A DNA stretch of 61,278 nt, the filler included, from Stramenopiles sp. TOSAG23-6 (taxonomy: Eukaryota): NCBI GenBank assembly GCA_900128565.1. It is 19 parts of 19 records of this genome, joined end to end, with 100 filler letters (N's around TTAATTAATTAA, not from the genome) between each part and the next. Parts side by side here need not be neighbours in the genome. Positions count along the whole stretch, not along the records: positions 1 to 3,152 come from LT637636.1; positions 3,253 to 6,403 come from LT637637.1; positions 6,504 to 9,648 come from LT637638.1; positions 9,749 to 12,893 come from LT637639.1; 15 more parts are not named here. One strand, written 5' to 3'. Below, piece after piece: positions 1-11,540 of the stretch. The notes beneath the pieces are model-generated. The model saw only the letters and a program-made list of their open reading frames with translations, did no database searches and was not told where the DNA came from. Each line of letters begins with the position of its first letter. Position 1 is the stretch's first letter. The translations under genes were made by a program, and so were the position numbers.

Positions 1-32
1 AATAAATTAATAAATTCATGATGAAAACGTAC

Positions 33-765
33 ATGGTTAAATAAAATACCATTCACAGCAAACATATCATACGCTTCACGGTACTGTAGTATAGAAACAT
101 ATGAAAAACATATTTTGAAAATTGAATGAGTAAACACTTTTCTTTTAGATTTTTAGATTTTTAGATGTTTAGGTTTTTAGGTTTTTAGGTTTTTAGGTTT
201 TTAGGTATACAATTTTGTATGGAAAAAAAAAAAAACTTACATTCACACACATCCAATACGCAAATTGTTTTGCAACAGCATATGGAGAACGTGGATAAAA
301 TGGCGTCGTCTCTTTTTGTGGTATTTCTTGAACTTTACCATATAATTCTGAAGTTGATGCTTGATAAAATCTGGTTTTTGAAGTTAAACCACAAGTATTG
401 ATAGCATTGAGCAGTCTCAAAGTGCCAAGAGCGTCTGCATCAGATGTGTATTCACTCATATCAAATGACACACCAACATGACTTTGAGCAGCCAAATTGT
501 ACACTTCATCAGGTTTCGTCTTGTTCATAATTTTACAGAGATTTGCCGAGTCTGTCATATCACCATAATGAAGAAATAAACGAACATTTTTGTTATGTGG
601 GTCCTTATACAAATGGTCAATTCGTCCAGTATTGAATGTCGATGCACGTCGAATGATGCCGTGTACAATATAGCCTTTCTTTAAGAGGAGTTCTGTTAAA
701 TACGAGCCATCTTGACCGGTGATTCCTGTCACAAGAGCTATCTTTTGTACAGGGTATGTTGTCAT
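33..765 (-). CDS. GMDS: GDP-mannose 4,6-dehydratase, 5' part (exons 765-241, 83-33; runs off the window)
   Basis: [34 protein letters not shown] and PRSPYAVAK motifs. GT-AG intron 84-240 restores [19 protein letters not shown]. Confidence 0.95.
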
Positions 766-1109
766 TGTAAATAAATCAGAGACTTTTGATGAGAAGTAGG
801 TGATTCAAGTCAACTACGTAGTACTACAGTGTCAAGTAAACTGGTCACAAGGAACTCAAAAATTGAGTCAGTCAATCCAAATCCAATATAGCAGGTTTGT
901 GATTTTCGAAAGCCCTAACCCTAGTAGTACTATATTGTTTGTACCATTTTTTTGTACTAAAATTTTTTTTTTGTTTGTTTTTTGTAACGGTAGAACTAAA
1001 AGTTGATTTTTTTGTAGATTTCGACATTTTCACAACAACTTACAAAAAGTTAAGGATATTTTTTTTTCTTGTTTCCATTGTATTCCACTACGAAATACAA
1101 TACAAAAAT

Positions 1110-1577
1110 ATGTCAGGTATATGCAATCATAAGAATTCATATAGTACGGGTGTTAAAGTAGGCAACTGGAATGAAGACACGATTGGAGGAGAAATTGCAG
1201 CTGGGAAACGATCGTCTAATTTTTCAAGTCAAAATCAACAGTCGGAAAGTCACTCTCAGTTTAAAGACTTTTCTAAACATCCAGAGTATAAATATGATAC
1301 TACACCGACATCCAGTAGAGACTCTGGGATGTCTTATGTGCAATTATTTGGACACCGTGGAGCTCAAAAATCTAAGGAGAGATTTCAGACGACTAATCAA
1401 GTCATGAATAAATCCTTATCACAGGGGCGTCATTTGGCCAATGAACGGACTCGAACGAGGAATAAGAAACTTGCAAAGGAAAAGAATACACATCATTTTA
1501 CAACAACAAACAAAGCACAACAAAATGATATTTCTGTTTTAAATGCAAAGAAAAAGAGATTAGCACAAGAAAAATAA
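1110..1577 (+). CDS. Probable ciliary microtubule inner protein with NWE motif (CFAP68/95/107-like)
   Basis: N-terminal YSTGVKVGNWNED followed by short F/Y-x-T-T repeats. ATG at 1110; the upstream ORF extension is AT-rich promoter. Confidence 0.55.
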   Translation: MSGICNHKNSYSTGVKVGNWNEDTIGGEIAAGKRSSNFSSQNQQSESHSQFKDFSKHPEYKYDTTPTSSRDSGMSYVQLFGHRGAQKSKERFQTTNQVMNKSLSQGRHLANERTRTRNKKLAKEKNTHHFTTTNKAQQNDISVLNAKKKRLAQEK

Positions 1578-1741
1578 GATAATATTAATAAAACTAAAAA
1601 TGTATAAAAATTCACAAATTTGCAAAATGTTTTTTTTTTTTTTTTTCAAATAAAAAAGGTAACAAAAAATAGTATACCCTTTACACATATACAAATTTAT
1701 ACATTCGTATAAACATTCGTATAAACATTCGTACAATACAA

Positions 1742-3063
1742 TTAATAAATAGACTGTCCAGGATGAAATGATCCACCAACTAATAGCATATTGTATTTAC
1801 TAAATTGGAGATTTCTGTACTTGTGAAAAAAAAAAAAAAAAAAAATTGTTAGGTNNNNNNNNNNNNNNNNNNNNNNNNNNNNNNNNNNNNNNNNNNNNNN
1901 NNNNNNNNNNNNNNNNNNNNNNNNNNNNNNNNNNNNNNNNNNNNNNNNNNNNNNNNNNNNNNNNNNNNNNNNNNNNNNNNNNNNNNNNNNNNNNNNNNNN
2001 NNNNNNNNNNNNNNNNNNNNNNNNNNNNNNNNNNNNNNNNNNNNNNNNNNNNNNNNNNNNNNNNNNNNNNNNNNNNNNAAATTAAATTCGAAATTTGTTA
2101 GGTACAAAATTTCGTACGAAAAAAAAAACAATTTTAAATTCATTCTGAAAACGTACAATCTTGAGACCCCGAAGCAAGAATTTCAGCGTCTTGACTAAAA
2201 CATAAAGAATTTATTTTTGCCGAATGTCCTTTGCATACTGTATTGTCAAGAAATAATTTGGAAAAAGAAAAAAAATTAGGATTTTTTTTAGGATTTTTAA
2301 AAAATTTAAAATTTTTTTTTTTTAATTTTTTTAGGAATAAAAAAAAAATTAGGATTTTTTTTTTAAATGGTTAGGTATGAAATTTTGTATGTTTTGTATC
2401 CAAAGAAAAAAAAAAATAAAAACGTACATATAGAATGATGAACATTTCGAACATCCCAAATTTTACAATTATAACCATGTCCTGAAGATGCGATTTGATT
2501 CCCATTAGGAGAAATTGCAATTACATCAACTTCAGAAGTAAAACCTGAAATAGTTGTAATTTCCTCAGCACATCGAATATCCCACATTTTGATTGTTTTA
2601 TCACTTGAACCTGTAACAATTGATGTTCCATTTGGATGAAATGATATGGAACTAACATCGCTAGTGTGACCTATAAAAACACGAAATGCACGTTTTCTAA
2701 GTGTTGACCATAACCGAGCAGTTCTGTCCAGAGATGCAGTAGCAAAAAAATGGCCTTTATATTGTCCACTTGAACAAAAATCAACATCAAACACTGCACT
2801 AGCATGACCATTCTATAATGTAGTATGATGAAATTTCAACATTTAATCTTTGTTAAAAAATTTTGGAATTTTTTTTTGAAATTTTTTTTGGAAAAAATAA
2901 TATTTCAACCACATAAAACATACATAATTTGAAATGAGACAACCACAACAATCATCTCTTTCAACTTGTTCAAAATGTTCCCCATTATTTCTTTGGTTTG
3001 AATGTTCAGAATGTCGAGAATTTTCAAATGTCTCACGAAAAAAAACTGAATCAGTAATGTTCC
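1742..3063 (-). CDS. TAF5: WD40 protein, TAF5-like C-terminal part (at least 4 exons, internal N gap)
   Basis: CLISNY|NGHASAVFDVDF, FATASLDRTARLWS, RVFIGHTSDVSSISFHPNG. GT-AG introns 2813-2923 and 2238-2427. Confidence 0.7.
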
Positions 3064-3196
3064 CTGTATTTTAAAAAAATATTTCAAAAAAAATCTAAAA
3101 AAAATCGTTAGGTACAAAATTTACTATAAAAAAAAAAAAAATTTCAAATTAANNNNNNNNNNNNNNNNNNNNNNNNNNNNNNNNNNNNNNNNNNNN

Positions 3197-3208
3197 TTAA
3201 TTAATTAA
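3197..3208. other. Artificial contig linker TTAATTAATTAA between N runs (recurs about 18 times)
   Basis: Identical six-frame stop spacer flanked by N runs. Genes on either side are not physically linked. Confidence 0.97.
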
Positions 3209-3309
3209 NNNNNNNNNNNNNNNNNNNNNNNNNNNNNNNNNNNNNNNNNNNNAAATGTCGTACGAAAAAAAAAATCGATTTTTTTGTTAAAAAAAAAAAT
3301 AAAACATAC

Positions 3310-4732
3310 ACCCTTCTCTTTTCTACCAGTCTCTTTGATCCCACAACCACCACATAAAACCAAAGCAACCGCAAGTTTAACCATTAGCATACCACAAATT
3401 TGAGGACATAAACTTTTTAATATGTGATTCCTTCCTGCAATTGGACGACTTTCGTTTGATTTTTGCTTTTGAATTTCAATCCAAAAGTGCCAAAAATCAG
3501 CAAATTCATCGCGCATTTCATCGGTTAAAAAGACACCCCCAGATTCAGAAGAGTTGCTTACGTATTGTGAAAAAATATTTTTTTTTCGTAAAAAAATCGT
3601 TAGGTACAAAATTTTTATAAAAAAAAAAACCGAAATTGAAAAAAAATGAAACATACACTCTGACACTATTAGCTAAGATGACCAACTCGACTTGGCAACG
3701 ATCTTTTTTCTTTAGAGGAAGCCAGGTATTGTAAAATAATATGTCAAAAAAATAAAATGCGTTAGATTTTTTTTTGTACATAAAAAGTTTTAATTTTAAA
3801 ATGATTTTTTCTTGAAATAAATGTGGGAGACGGATTTAAAAAAAAAAAAAAATATTTCATACGAAATTTTGTACCTAACAAAAAAAAAAACATCGTCTCA
3901 TCACCATTCCTGTTACAATGACGTCATCGCCAGCTTTACATGTGTCCACCATATCATTTTGCATTAATACAGTTACTTGTCTAGGTATCATACCAACACT
4001 AAGACTACTACACCTCTCTTGGATGCGGATTTCTTGGTAATCGCAGCAAATGCGAGATCCTTCCACAAAGTCAAATTTCCCAGATTTGCACTTACGACTT
4101 CCTGGAGCGTTTACACCATCATTAGAAGGACAAGTTTTTGGCATATCAATCACTCCACCCTGAGCTAGATCAGCAGTTACTGTAAAGGAATACCCACAGC
4201 GAGAGCTCGAGCATTTATACACCTTTGACTGCTCAAGCATTTTAACCACTCCAGTTCTAATGACTGTACCTGGAAGCTCGAGGAAGGAACCATAATCTGA
4301 AGAGCGCACTGCACTTACATTTTTTCTAGTGAAACCTGGTGGTAGATATGCTATGCGAACATGACAAAATGGCTTTAATGTTAGGTCTCGTTTTTCCATA
4401 GAAAGCGAATAATTCCGTGATTCGTTGAGTTGTGACTGTTGAGAGGTGTATGATGCAACGAATCTTCGTTGTGCTTCTAATAGAGCACGATCAAATACAG
4501 GTAGTATTCTATCTGCATAAAACAAAGTTAAAGTGCCAACACGTTGAAAATCCTCTAGTAACCACTTTGCACACACAGTAATACCAAAGTGATCTCTGGA
4601 GTCGCCTTCTGTCACAAGAGCTTCAACTTCATCTATATACCGGTTTTCCAAAAATGTAACAAAGTTTTCCTGAAAAACTTCTTCTTCTATTCCGTCGAGA
4701 CTATAGATACAATTATTTGTGGACCCATTCAT
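3310..4732 (-). CDS. MCM9: MCM9 helicase, 5' part (exons 4732-3892, 3723-3657, 3559-3310)
   Basis: GTVIRTG, zinc-finger cysteines, DYQEIRIQE, IPR, DMVDTCKAGDDV, RW..RCQVELVILAN, RNHILKSLCPQICGMLMVKLAVALVL. Confidence 0.88.
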
Positions 4733-5074
4733 CAGTGCGACAAATCAAATTATTACCACACGTCTATCAGTGGCTAGCTAGACTCATTGAAAGATTAATA
4801 ACCTAAGTCTAGAAGATGAGAGAGAGAGAGAGAAAAAACATCAATGAGAATTGACCAGCAAGGCAAGAATACCAAACGCAAAAACCAAAAATGATTTTTT
4901 TTTATCAGAAAATCAACGGTTACTCCTTTTTTTTGCATAATACTACGTTGACGACGTACCCTACCTTACCGGTTTGCTTACCTGTAGCTTTTCTTACACT
5001 GTCAAATACATGTATAAGCATTAGAACATCTTTAAAGAAGAATAATTTAGTCGTTAGTATATGCATGTACAATA

Positions 5075-6350
5075 ATGAATTATCAAGACGATCATTCTAT
5101 AGAAAGTAGTCAAATTCGTGCAGACGCAGTGAGAGAGAAGATACAAAGATCTACTACACTTAGATCCGAAGAGGAAAAGCACCGACGTCGACATCAGGAG
5201 AAGCAAAGGAAACGATTGAAAAAAGAAAAAAATCGGAAAAAACGAGAGGAGGAATCAAAGAATAACAGTGGTCCGGAGGTGGATACTACATCTATAGATA
5301 CTTCTTCGTATTCAGATAATACTTCTACAGATACAAAGAGCAGTGAATTACCTTCAGAAACAACAGAACTCCCCCAGATTGTCAAGGAAAATAAAGACAT
5401 AAATTTGTTATTAGAGCCACCGCGATTTCGCACAATACACCTTATTATCCATTTAATTGGAATTACAGTTGTTATCATTGGCGGAGGGTATGTGTTTAGT
5501 GCACTCGAACTCAAAAACGAGAAAGTGAGAGCAGAAAGATTTTGGACTCAACAAAATTTAGTGGATGAGTACCTACGTCAATCGAACGCACAATATAAGA
5601 AACTCATTTCTGGAAATTATAATGAAAAAGACTCATTACTTAGTATTCATTCTCCTGATAGCACAATACAAGAAGTAGTTGGACTTGTACCAACTTACCT
5701 TTATGAAAAATTACTACGTATTGGCAAGGGAATACAGAACTCTCCTACCAAAGATTTAAACGATGAAAGAAAGGATGAAAAAATTGTTCCAATTCCTCAA
5801 ATCAAATCTGATCAACCAAAATGGAGTTTCCCTCAATCTGTGTTTTTCATGTTTTCCGTATTTTCGACGCTAGGATACGGTGGTGGTACTTGGGCACCGG
5901 CGACTGCCGCTGGTAGAGCCTGGATTGTACGTTTTCAAAATGAATTTCGTTTTTTTTTACTATGAAAATTTTGTACCTAATAATTTTTTTGACTATAATA
6001 TTTTTCACAATACTTGCGCTTTGTGCAACATTTGGAATTCTTTATTTTCTCATAACACTAAGTTATATGGCAGAAAGGTTACTAACAGCCGTACGAAGAA
6101 AGTTCCCAAAGTTTAGACCAAGCCTGCCACTTGCTGTATTGATGTTCATTTATTTTTTTCTCTTTACATTTGTAGCAGGTTTGTTGTCCAATTGGACGTT
6201 TCTGCAATCCGTATTTTTTACAGTCATGTCATTGACTACGGTTGGTATTGGGGAGTCTCCTCGTTTTCAGACGGATAAAGTTAAAGGAATTTTAGCATAT
6301 GGTGTATATAGTATGCTTGTCGTATTTGGTCTGACTATAGTAATTGCTAT
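5075..6350 (+). CDS. Two-pore-domain (K2P-like) potassium channel (exons 5075-5926, 6016-6350; 3' end missing)
   Basis: GGYVFSALE, WSFPQSVFF..STLGYG..PAT.AGR and a second pore WTFLQSVFF..LTTVGIG. Joined by intron 5927-6015. Confidence 0.85.
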
Positions 6351-6558
6351 GTATGTTTTATTTTTTTTTAACAAAAAAATCGATTTTTTTTTTCGTACGA
6401 AATNNNNNNNNNNNNNNNNNNNNNNNNNNNNNNNNNNNNNNNNNNNNTTAATTAATTAANNNNNNNNNNNNNNNNNNNNNNNNNNNNNNNNNNNNNNNNN
6501 NNNCGTACGAAATTTTATACCTAACGATTTTTTTTTGAAATATTTTTCCAAAATACAT

Positions 6559-7116
6559 GAATTCCAAACTGGAATGTCCAAGTTAGGAGTAAAACTTTCA
6601 CCTGAGGATGCACTTAAAGAATTTCAAACTATGGATTTGAATGGTGGGGGTCAAATACTGTTTGATGAATTTTGTGTATATTATGGTCGATTGGCATCAG
6701 GTAAGAGACCAAAATCAAAATACAAAATGAATGGAAATAAAAATGGACCAAATGTTCCAAACCTTGGTTTAGTTTTATTGAGTAGGAGAAGTAAAGCAGA
6801 ACGACCTAAAACAAGTATGGAAGCAGCAACAGCCGCAGCAAACAGACGTAGTGCTAGGTTAAATGGACGGAAGACATCATCCAGACCTCAAACAGGGTAT
6901 CAAAGATATGGTACAAAGAAGAAAAACGTAGCATCTAAGAATCGACCGTATCAACGTAGACTTCGACCTAATCATCACAGATTATATACGCAAAAGTTAA
7001 GGAATATTCGGGCTTCTGACAGACATACAAAAATTCGACGTTACGGAAAGTCAGGTAAGGAGCTTATTGACTATCATGGCCCATTGATTGTAACTATAAG
7101 TGCCGCAGCAAGGTAA
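6559..7116 (+). CDS. Last exon of an EF-hand protein with a basic tail
   Basis: EF-hand loop DLNGGGQILFDEF, preceded by the family intron 3' end CCAAAATACAT. Confidence 0.7.
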   Translation, partial: EFQTGMSKLGVKLSPEDALKEFQTMDLNGGGQILFDEFCVYYGRLASGKRPKSKYKMNGNKNGPNVPNLGLVLLSRRSKAERPKTSMEAATAAANRRSARLNGRKTSSRPQTGYQRYGTKKKNVASKNRPYQRRLRPNHHRLYTQKLRNIRASDRHTKIRRYGKSGKELIDYHGPLIVTISAAAR

Positions 7117-7673
7117 TGAAGTATTGGATGTATGCATTGTTTTTACACGAAAACTCACAAATTGATTTAACAAATAAATTGGTAACTCTTTCAAAACAAT
7201 ACTTTTTTTACATACTTTGCTTCTTAGCAATACTTTAATATGCCTTTTCGAATTAGCTTTATATATATATATATATATATATAATAAGCATGTAGGAGTT
7301 GTATCATATACTATGCTTGTGTCGTCAATAGACCATCGAAACCTGAAGAGGCATGAAAGATTAAGAAAAATATTTCAAAAACTTTGAAATAATGTTTTGT
7401 TAGGTACAAAATTTCGTATGAAAAAAAAAAGGTGTAAAGAAGAAAAAAGTTTATTATTCATAAAACTCTTCTACATTTTTTAAAATGAAAAAATCAAACA
7501 CAGATCACTCATACACTACACACTTATAACTACATGTATACACACACTCACTCATAACGACATTTATACACTATACTCACAGACACTCACAGAAGAACTT
7601 CATTAGGGTTAGGGTTAGTAGGGGGATTGAATACTCCTCTACACACTCAAACACTTATAGAATGAATTTCTTA

Positions 7674-8561
7674 TTATTTACAGCAATCATCGGTACACTT
7701 TGGAAATGGACGACTTGCCAAATCAACTTTTAATAGAAGTCGATTCATCACTGGTTCGCCGTTGCTATCCCTTTCCACATTAGGGGATTTATGTGTTAGA
7801 CCCTTGTGATCATGAACACCAGTGATACCAGGCCAATTGTTTCCTTTCATAAGAAGAATTGAATTAGTCGGAGTCTGGTGAACTTTTTCGAAACATGGAA
7901 TAATCAAGGGATCACTTACATTGGATGGTTCCATCATTGTCTTTTTGAACTGGTCGTATGCCACAGAATCATCATCTGCACACCAAGTTCCGGGTCCAGA
8001 ATACGTAACTATCATCCGACCAACGTAATTATCTTGGTGCCATCGAGAACAACCATACTTACCTATGACCTCCATAGACATTCGAAGAAAAGGAGCAGTA
8101 GGGCATAATTCTCTTAGAATTTTAGCCATGAAATATGCATCTTCTTTCAGCACATCACGAATCGTAGCGGGAAGAGAAGCAACGACTTTTGAAGCTACCT
8201 GTTCGATGTCTTTTTTCTTAGCAGAGCGCAAGGAGACACTCGAATACTGTCCAAAGCCTTCACTTGATTGGTCAACTAGCCACGATGAAATTGATGATTC
8301 CAAGGCGTGTGGTCCTCGAGGTAAATATACACCTTTTACGGCAGGNACTTTTGCAGCATCCATAAGAAGAGAGGCGGTAGTGACAGACTTTACAATTCCA
8401 TTTTTGTTGGTGGTAGTGTTTGCATCAGAGAGAGGAACACGTAAGCTTTTATCAAGCGCAGCTGATAAAGATGTATCAGAGTCCTCAGACGTGGCTCTTA
8501 CATTTGGTCGAGTGACTTTCGTAATTGCGTCACTGATTAACGCAGGCGAGAATAAAGGCAT
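7674..8561 (-). CDS. DUF1826-family protein, intronless
   Basis: CSRWHQD..RMIVTYSGPGT, LLMKG, GLTHKSP and RLLLKVD match the DUF1826 pattern as I recall it. First ATG at 8561. Confidence 0.75.
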   Translation of the reverse strand: MPLFSPALISDAITKVTRPNVRATSEDSDTSLSAALDKSLRVPLSDANTTTNKNGIVKSVTTASLLMDAAKXPAVKGVYLPRGPHALESSISSWLVDQSSEGFGQYSSVSLRSAKKKDIEQVASKVVASLPATIRDVLKEDAYFMAKILRELCPTAPFLRMSMEVIGKYGCSRWHQDNYVGRMIVTYSGPGTWCADDDSVAYDQFKKTMMEPSNVSDPLIIPCFEKVHQTPTNSILLMKGNNWPGITGVHDHKGLTHKSPNVERDSNGEPVMNRLLLKVDLASRPFPKCTDDCCK

Positions 8562-8664
8562 TGTTGAAAAAAACACTAAATTACGAGGTAATGCAAGGCA
8601 AGGAAGGAGTGAAGAAAAATAATACGATTCGAGGTACCATACAAAAGCCGCAGATCAAGGCCAC

Positions 8665-9648
8665 ATGAACGCACACTATTTACGTGGTGTATCTTATTTG
8701 CAAGGTGATTTAGACATTAAAAGTTATAAAAATGCTGTAAAATGGTTTACAAAAGCTGCAAATCAAGGCCACGTGAACGCACAGTATAATCTTGGTGTAT
8801 TTCATGAGGAGGGTAATGGCGTCATGAAATGTTATAAAACTGCTGCTGAATGGTATACAAAAGCTGCAAATCGAGGCTACATGTATGCACAGTATAATAT
8901 GGGTGCATGTTATTATAATGGTAAGGGTGTCACAAAATGTTATAAAACTTCTGTAAAATGGTATACAAAAGCTGCAAATCAAGGCTGCATGAAAGCACAG
9001 TATAATCTTGGTAACAGTTATTCGTATGGTAGAGGCGTCACAAAATGTGATAAAACTGCTGCTGAATGGTTTACAAAAGCTGCAAATCAAGGCCACATGA
9101 AAGCACAGTATAATCTTGGTGTATTTCATGAGAATGGTACTGGTGTCACTAAATGTTATAAAACTGCTGCTGAATGGTTTACAAAAGCTGCAAAACAAGG
9201 CCACGTGAATGCACAGTTTAATCTTGGTTCATGTTATTATTATAATGGTTATGGTGTGACTAAATGTTATAAAACTGCTGCTGAATGGTATACAAAAGCT
9301 GCAAATCAAGGCGACATGAAAGCACAGCGTAGTCTTGGTACATGTTATTATAATGGTACTGGCGTCATGAAATGTTATAAAACTGCTGTAAAATGGTTTA
9401 CAAAAGCTGCAAATCAAGGCAACATGAATGCACAGTATAATCTTAGTGTATGTTATTTCGAGGGTAAGGGTGTCAATAAATGTTATAAAACAGGGGCAAA
9501 GTTGATCAAGAAAGCAAAAAAGCAGATAACAGATACAACAGATGAGAAACTAAAAAACTTAATAATAGAACGAGACAACTCAGAATGTGTAAGTTGTGGT
9601 AAAGTTGACAATAATAGTAAATTATTCTTTTGTACTGGGTGTAAATGT
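8665..9648 (+). CDS. Sel1-like repeat protein with C-terminal MYND-type zinc finger (truncated at contig end)
   Basis: About 8 tandem 36-aa repeats AQYNLG..Y..G.GV.K....A..W.TKAA.QG, then CVSCGK..CTGCK. Confidence 0.9.
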
Positions 9649-9781
9649 NNNNNNNNNNNNNNNNNNNNNNNNNNNNNNNNNNNNNNNNNNNNTTAATTAA
9701 TTAANNNNNNNNNNNNNNNNNNNNNNNNNNNNNNNNNNNNNNNNNNNNGGTGACAATTGTATCCACTTCTATACCTCCATC

Positions 9782-11120
9782 AGTTGATGAATTTCGACAT
9801 CAATCGCAGGAGTATAACCAGATAAAATAACGGCGGAATATAGAGCTGATGTATTGTGAAAACATATTTCAAAATGATTTTGTTAGGTAATTTCATACTA
9901 AAAATATTTTCAAAATGGTTTTTTGTTAGGTACAAAATTTCGTACGAAAAATATGTTTTTGATAAAAACGTACATAATCGTACAAGTTGCTCACAAATAT
10001 GTTTTGGTGGTGGTTCAAGAGTTGGCATTTTTTCATTTATTTTATTTGGAAAATTCGATTCTTTTGAATTTGGCAATTTAGTTGTCAATCTAACTGATGG
10101 AGGTATAGAAGTGGATACAATTGTCACCGAATTTACTTGGTAAATTTGGGGTGCTTTTTTTCTATGAGTTGAATTTGAAGTCGAACTCGACGTACTACTA
10201 CTTTTGGATGTTTTCGATATGGTAGATGTATTGTGAAAAAAAAATGTTTTTGGTAGAAAAAATTCGTTAGGTATAAAATTTCGTATGAAAAAAAATAAAT
10301 TTGAAATTCAATGATGAAAACGTACATGCATTCAATTTATTCGACCCGACTGAATCATTATCTGAATCAAGGTCAAAACGGCGAATTGTTAAACTATTTT
10401 CATCTGTTGATATTTTGAGCTGTTTTAGTGAGTTTGAAACGCTTTCTACACGATGTATTATGAAAAAAAAAATTTTTTTTGTTGAAATTCGTTAGGTACG
10501 AAATTTGGTACAAAATATTTTTTTGAAATGAATGATGAAAAACGAACTTGCTTCTGAGGCGTGACAAGAGCAGCCTCTAGGAGATCTGTATGCGCTACTC
10601 CAACCAATTTTGAAGGACCTGAGCATGAAAATGTTGGATTTTTGCTTAATGACTTTGTTGACGGATCAACGTGTGTCGTGGTAATTCGTCTTCCATTTTT
10701 TACACGTTGTCTATTTCGAGAGTTTCCGAGATTTGATTCACAAGGCAAAACCTGAACACTCTGAATCATATTGATGGGTTGACATTTTTGTGAAATCAAA
10801 GGTCTATTACTAGACGTATCGATTGAGGCCACTATTGATCGATCTTGACAATTACTCGGTTCAGTTGCAGCATTTAAAATTCTATTCGAGTGCTTACGGA
10901 CAAAGTTTAGAATAAGGCAAGCCAACTTTGATGGAGGGAGATCCATTTTTTTTTTATTCGCCATTACATCTTCTCGAAAATCACTGCTTGGATTTGGAAG
11001 ACGATTCATAAATGATTGAGGAGCGCTTTTCCATATATGAAGTACTGAGTCACGGAGGGAGGCTTTTCCAGATACAACTAGTGATATAGTGTCTTGGGAA
11101 TCACTGTCCATTTTGGACAT
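9782..11120 (-). CDS. Codanin-1-like protein, 5' part (exons 11120-10548, 10452-10326, 10225-9974, 9848-about 9782)
   Basis: LILNFVRKHSNRIL, RRITTT and spliced RLSALYSAVILSGYTPAIDVEI resemble conserved codanin-1 blocks. Three GT-AT introns keep one open frame. Confidence 0.55.
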
Positions 11121-11540
11121 GGCTTTTTCAAATAATGTCTGACGTTAAGACATTAAGACATTTTCATGATCCTACAACAATTATTCAAAAACTAGACTAC
11201 ACAATCAATAACAACAAGAGCCAAATGATTATGATATAAATACTGTAGACTTGCACAGCAATGCTTTGTAAGTATGCGAAGACTTGAAGTTTTTTCGTCG
11301 TGTGTAGTCCTACAAGTTGTTGAATTGAAAGACATCGGTCAAAAAATATTTCGAATTTTTAATTTAGCTAAATATTAGGAATCACGAAATGCTGAAAAAA
11401 AATTGAAGAAAAATCAAACGGTAACTTTTGTTGTCAACCCTGTGCCGGCTCTCGGGAGCGGAGTTCAAAATTATATCCATTGAGAGATTCTCTAAATCGT
11501 TCTTGCTAAGCAAAAAGACTTGCTTGCCTAAGATACCAAG

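Noticed and set aside
3153-3252. TTAATTAATTAA repeats as a genomic element, and gene neighbourhoods across them
   Set aside because: Artificial concatenation linker.
8665-9480. 108-bp repeats (also 15600-16136) as a CRISPR-like array
   Set aside because: They are coding Sel1 repeats with no unique spacers.
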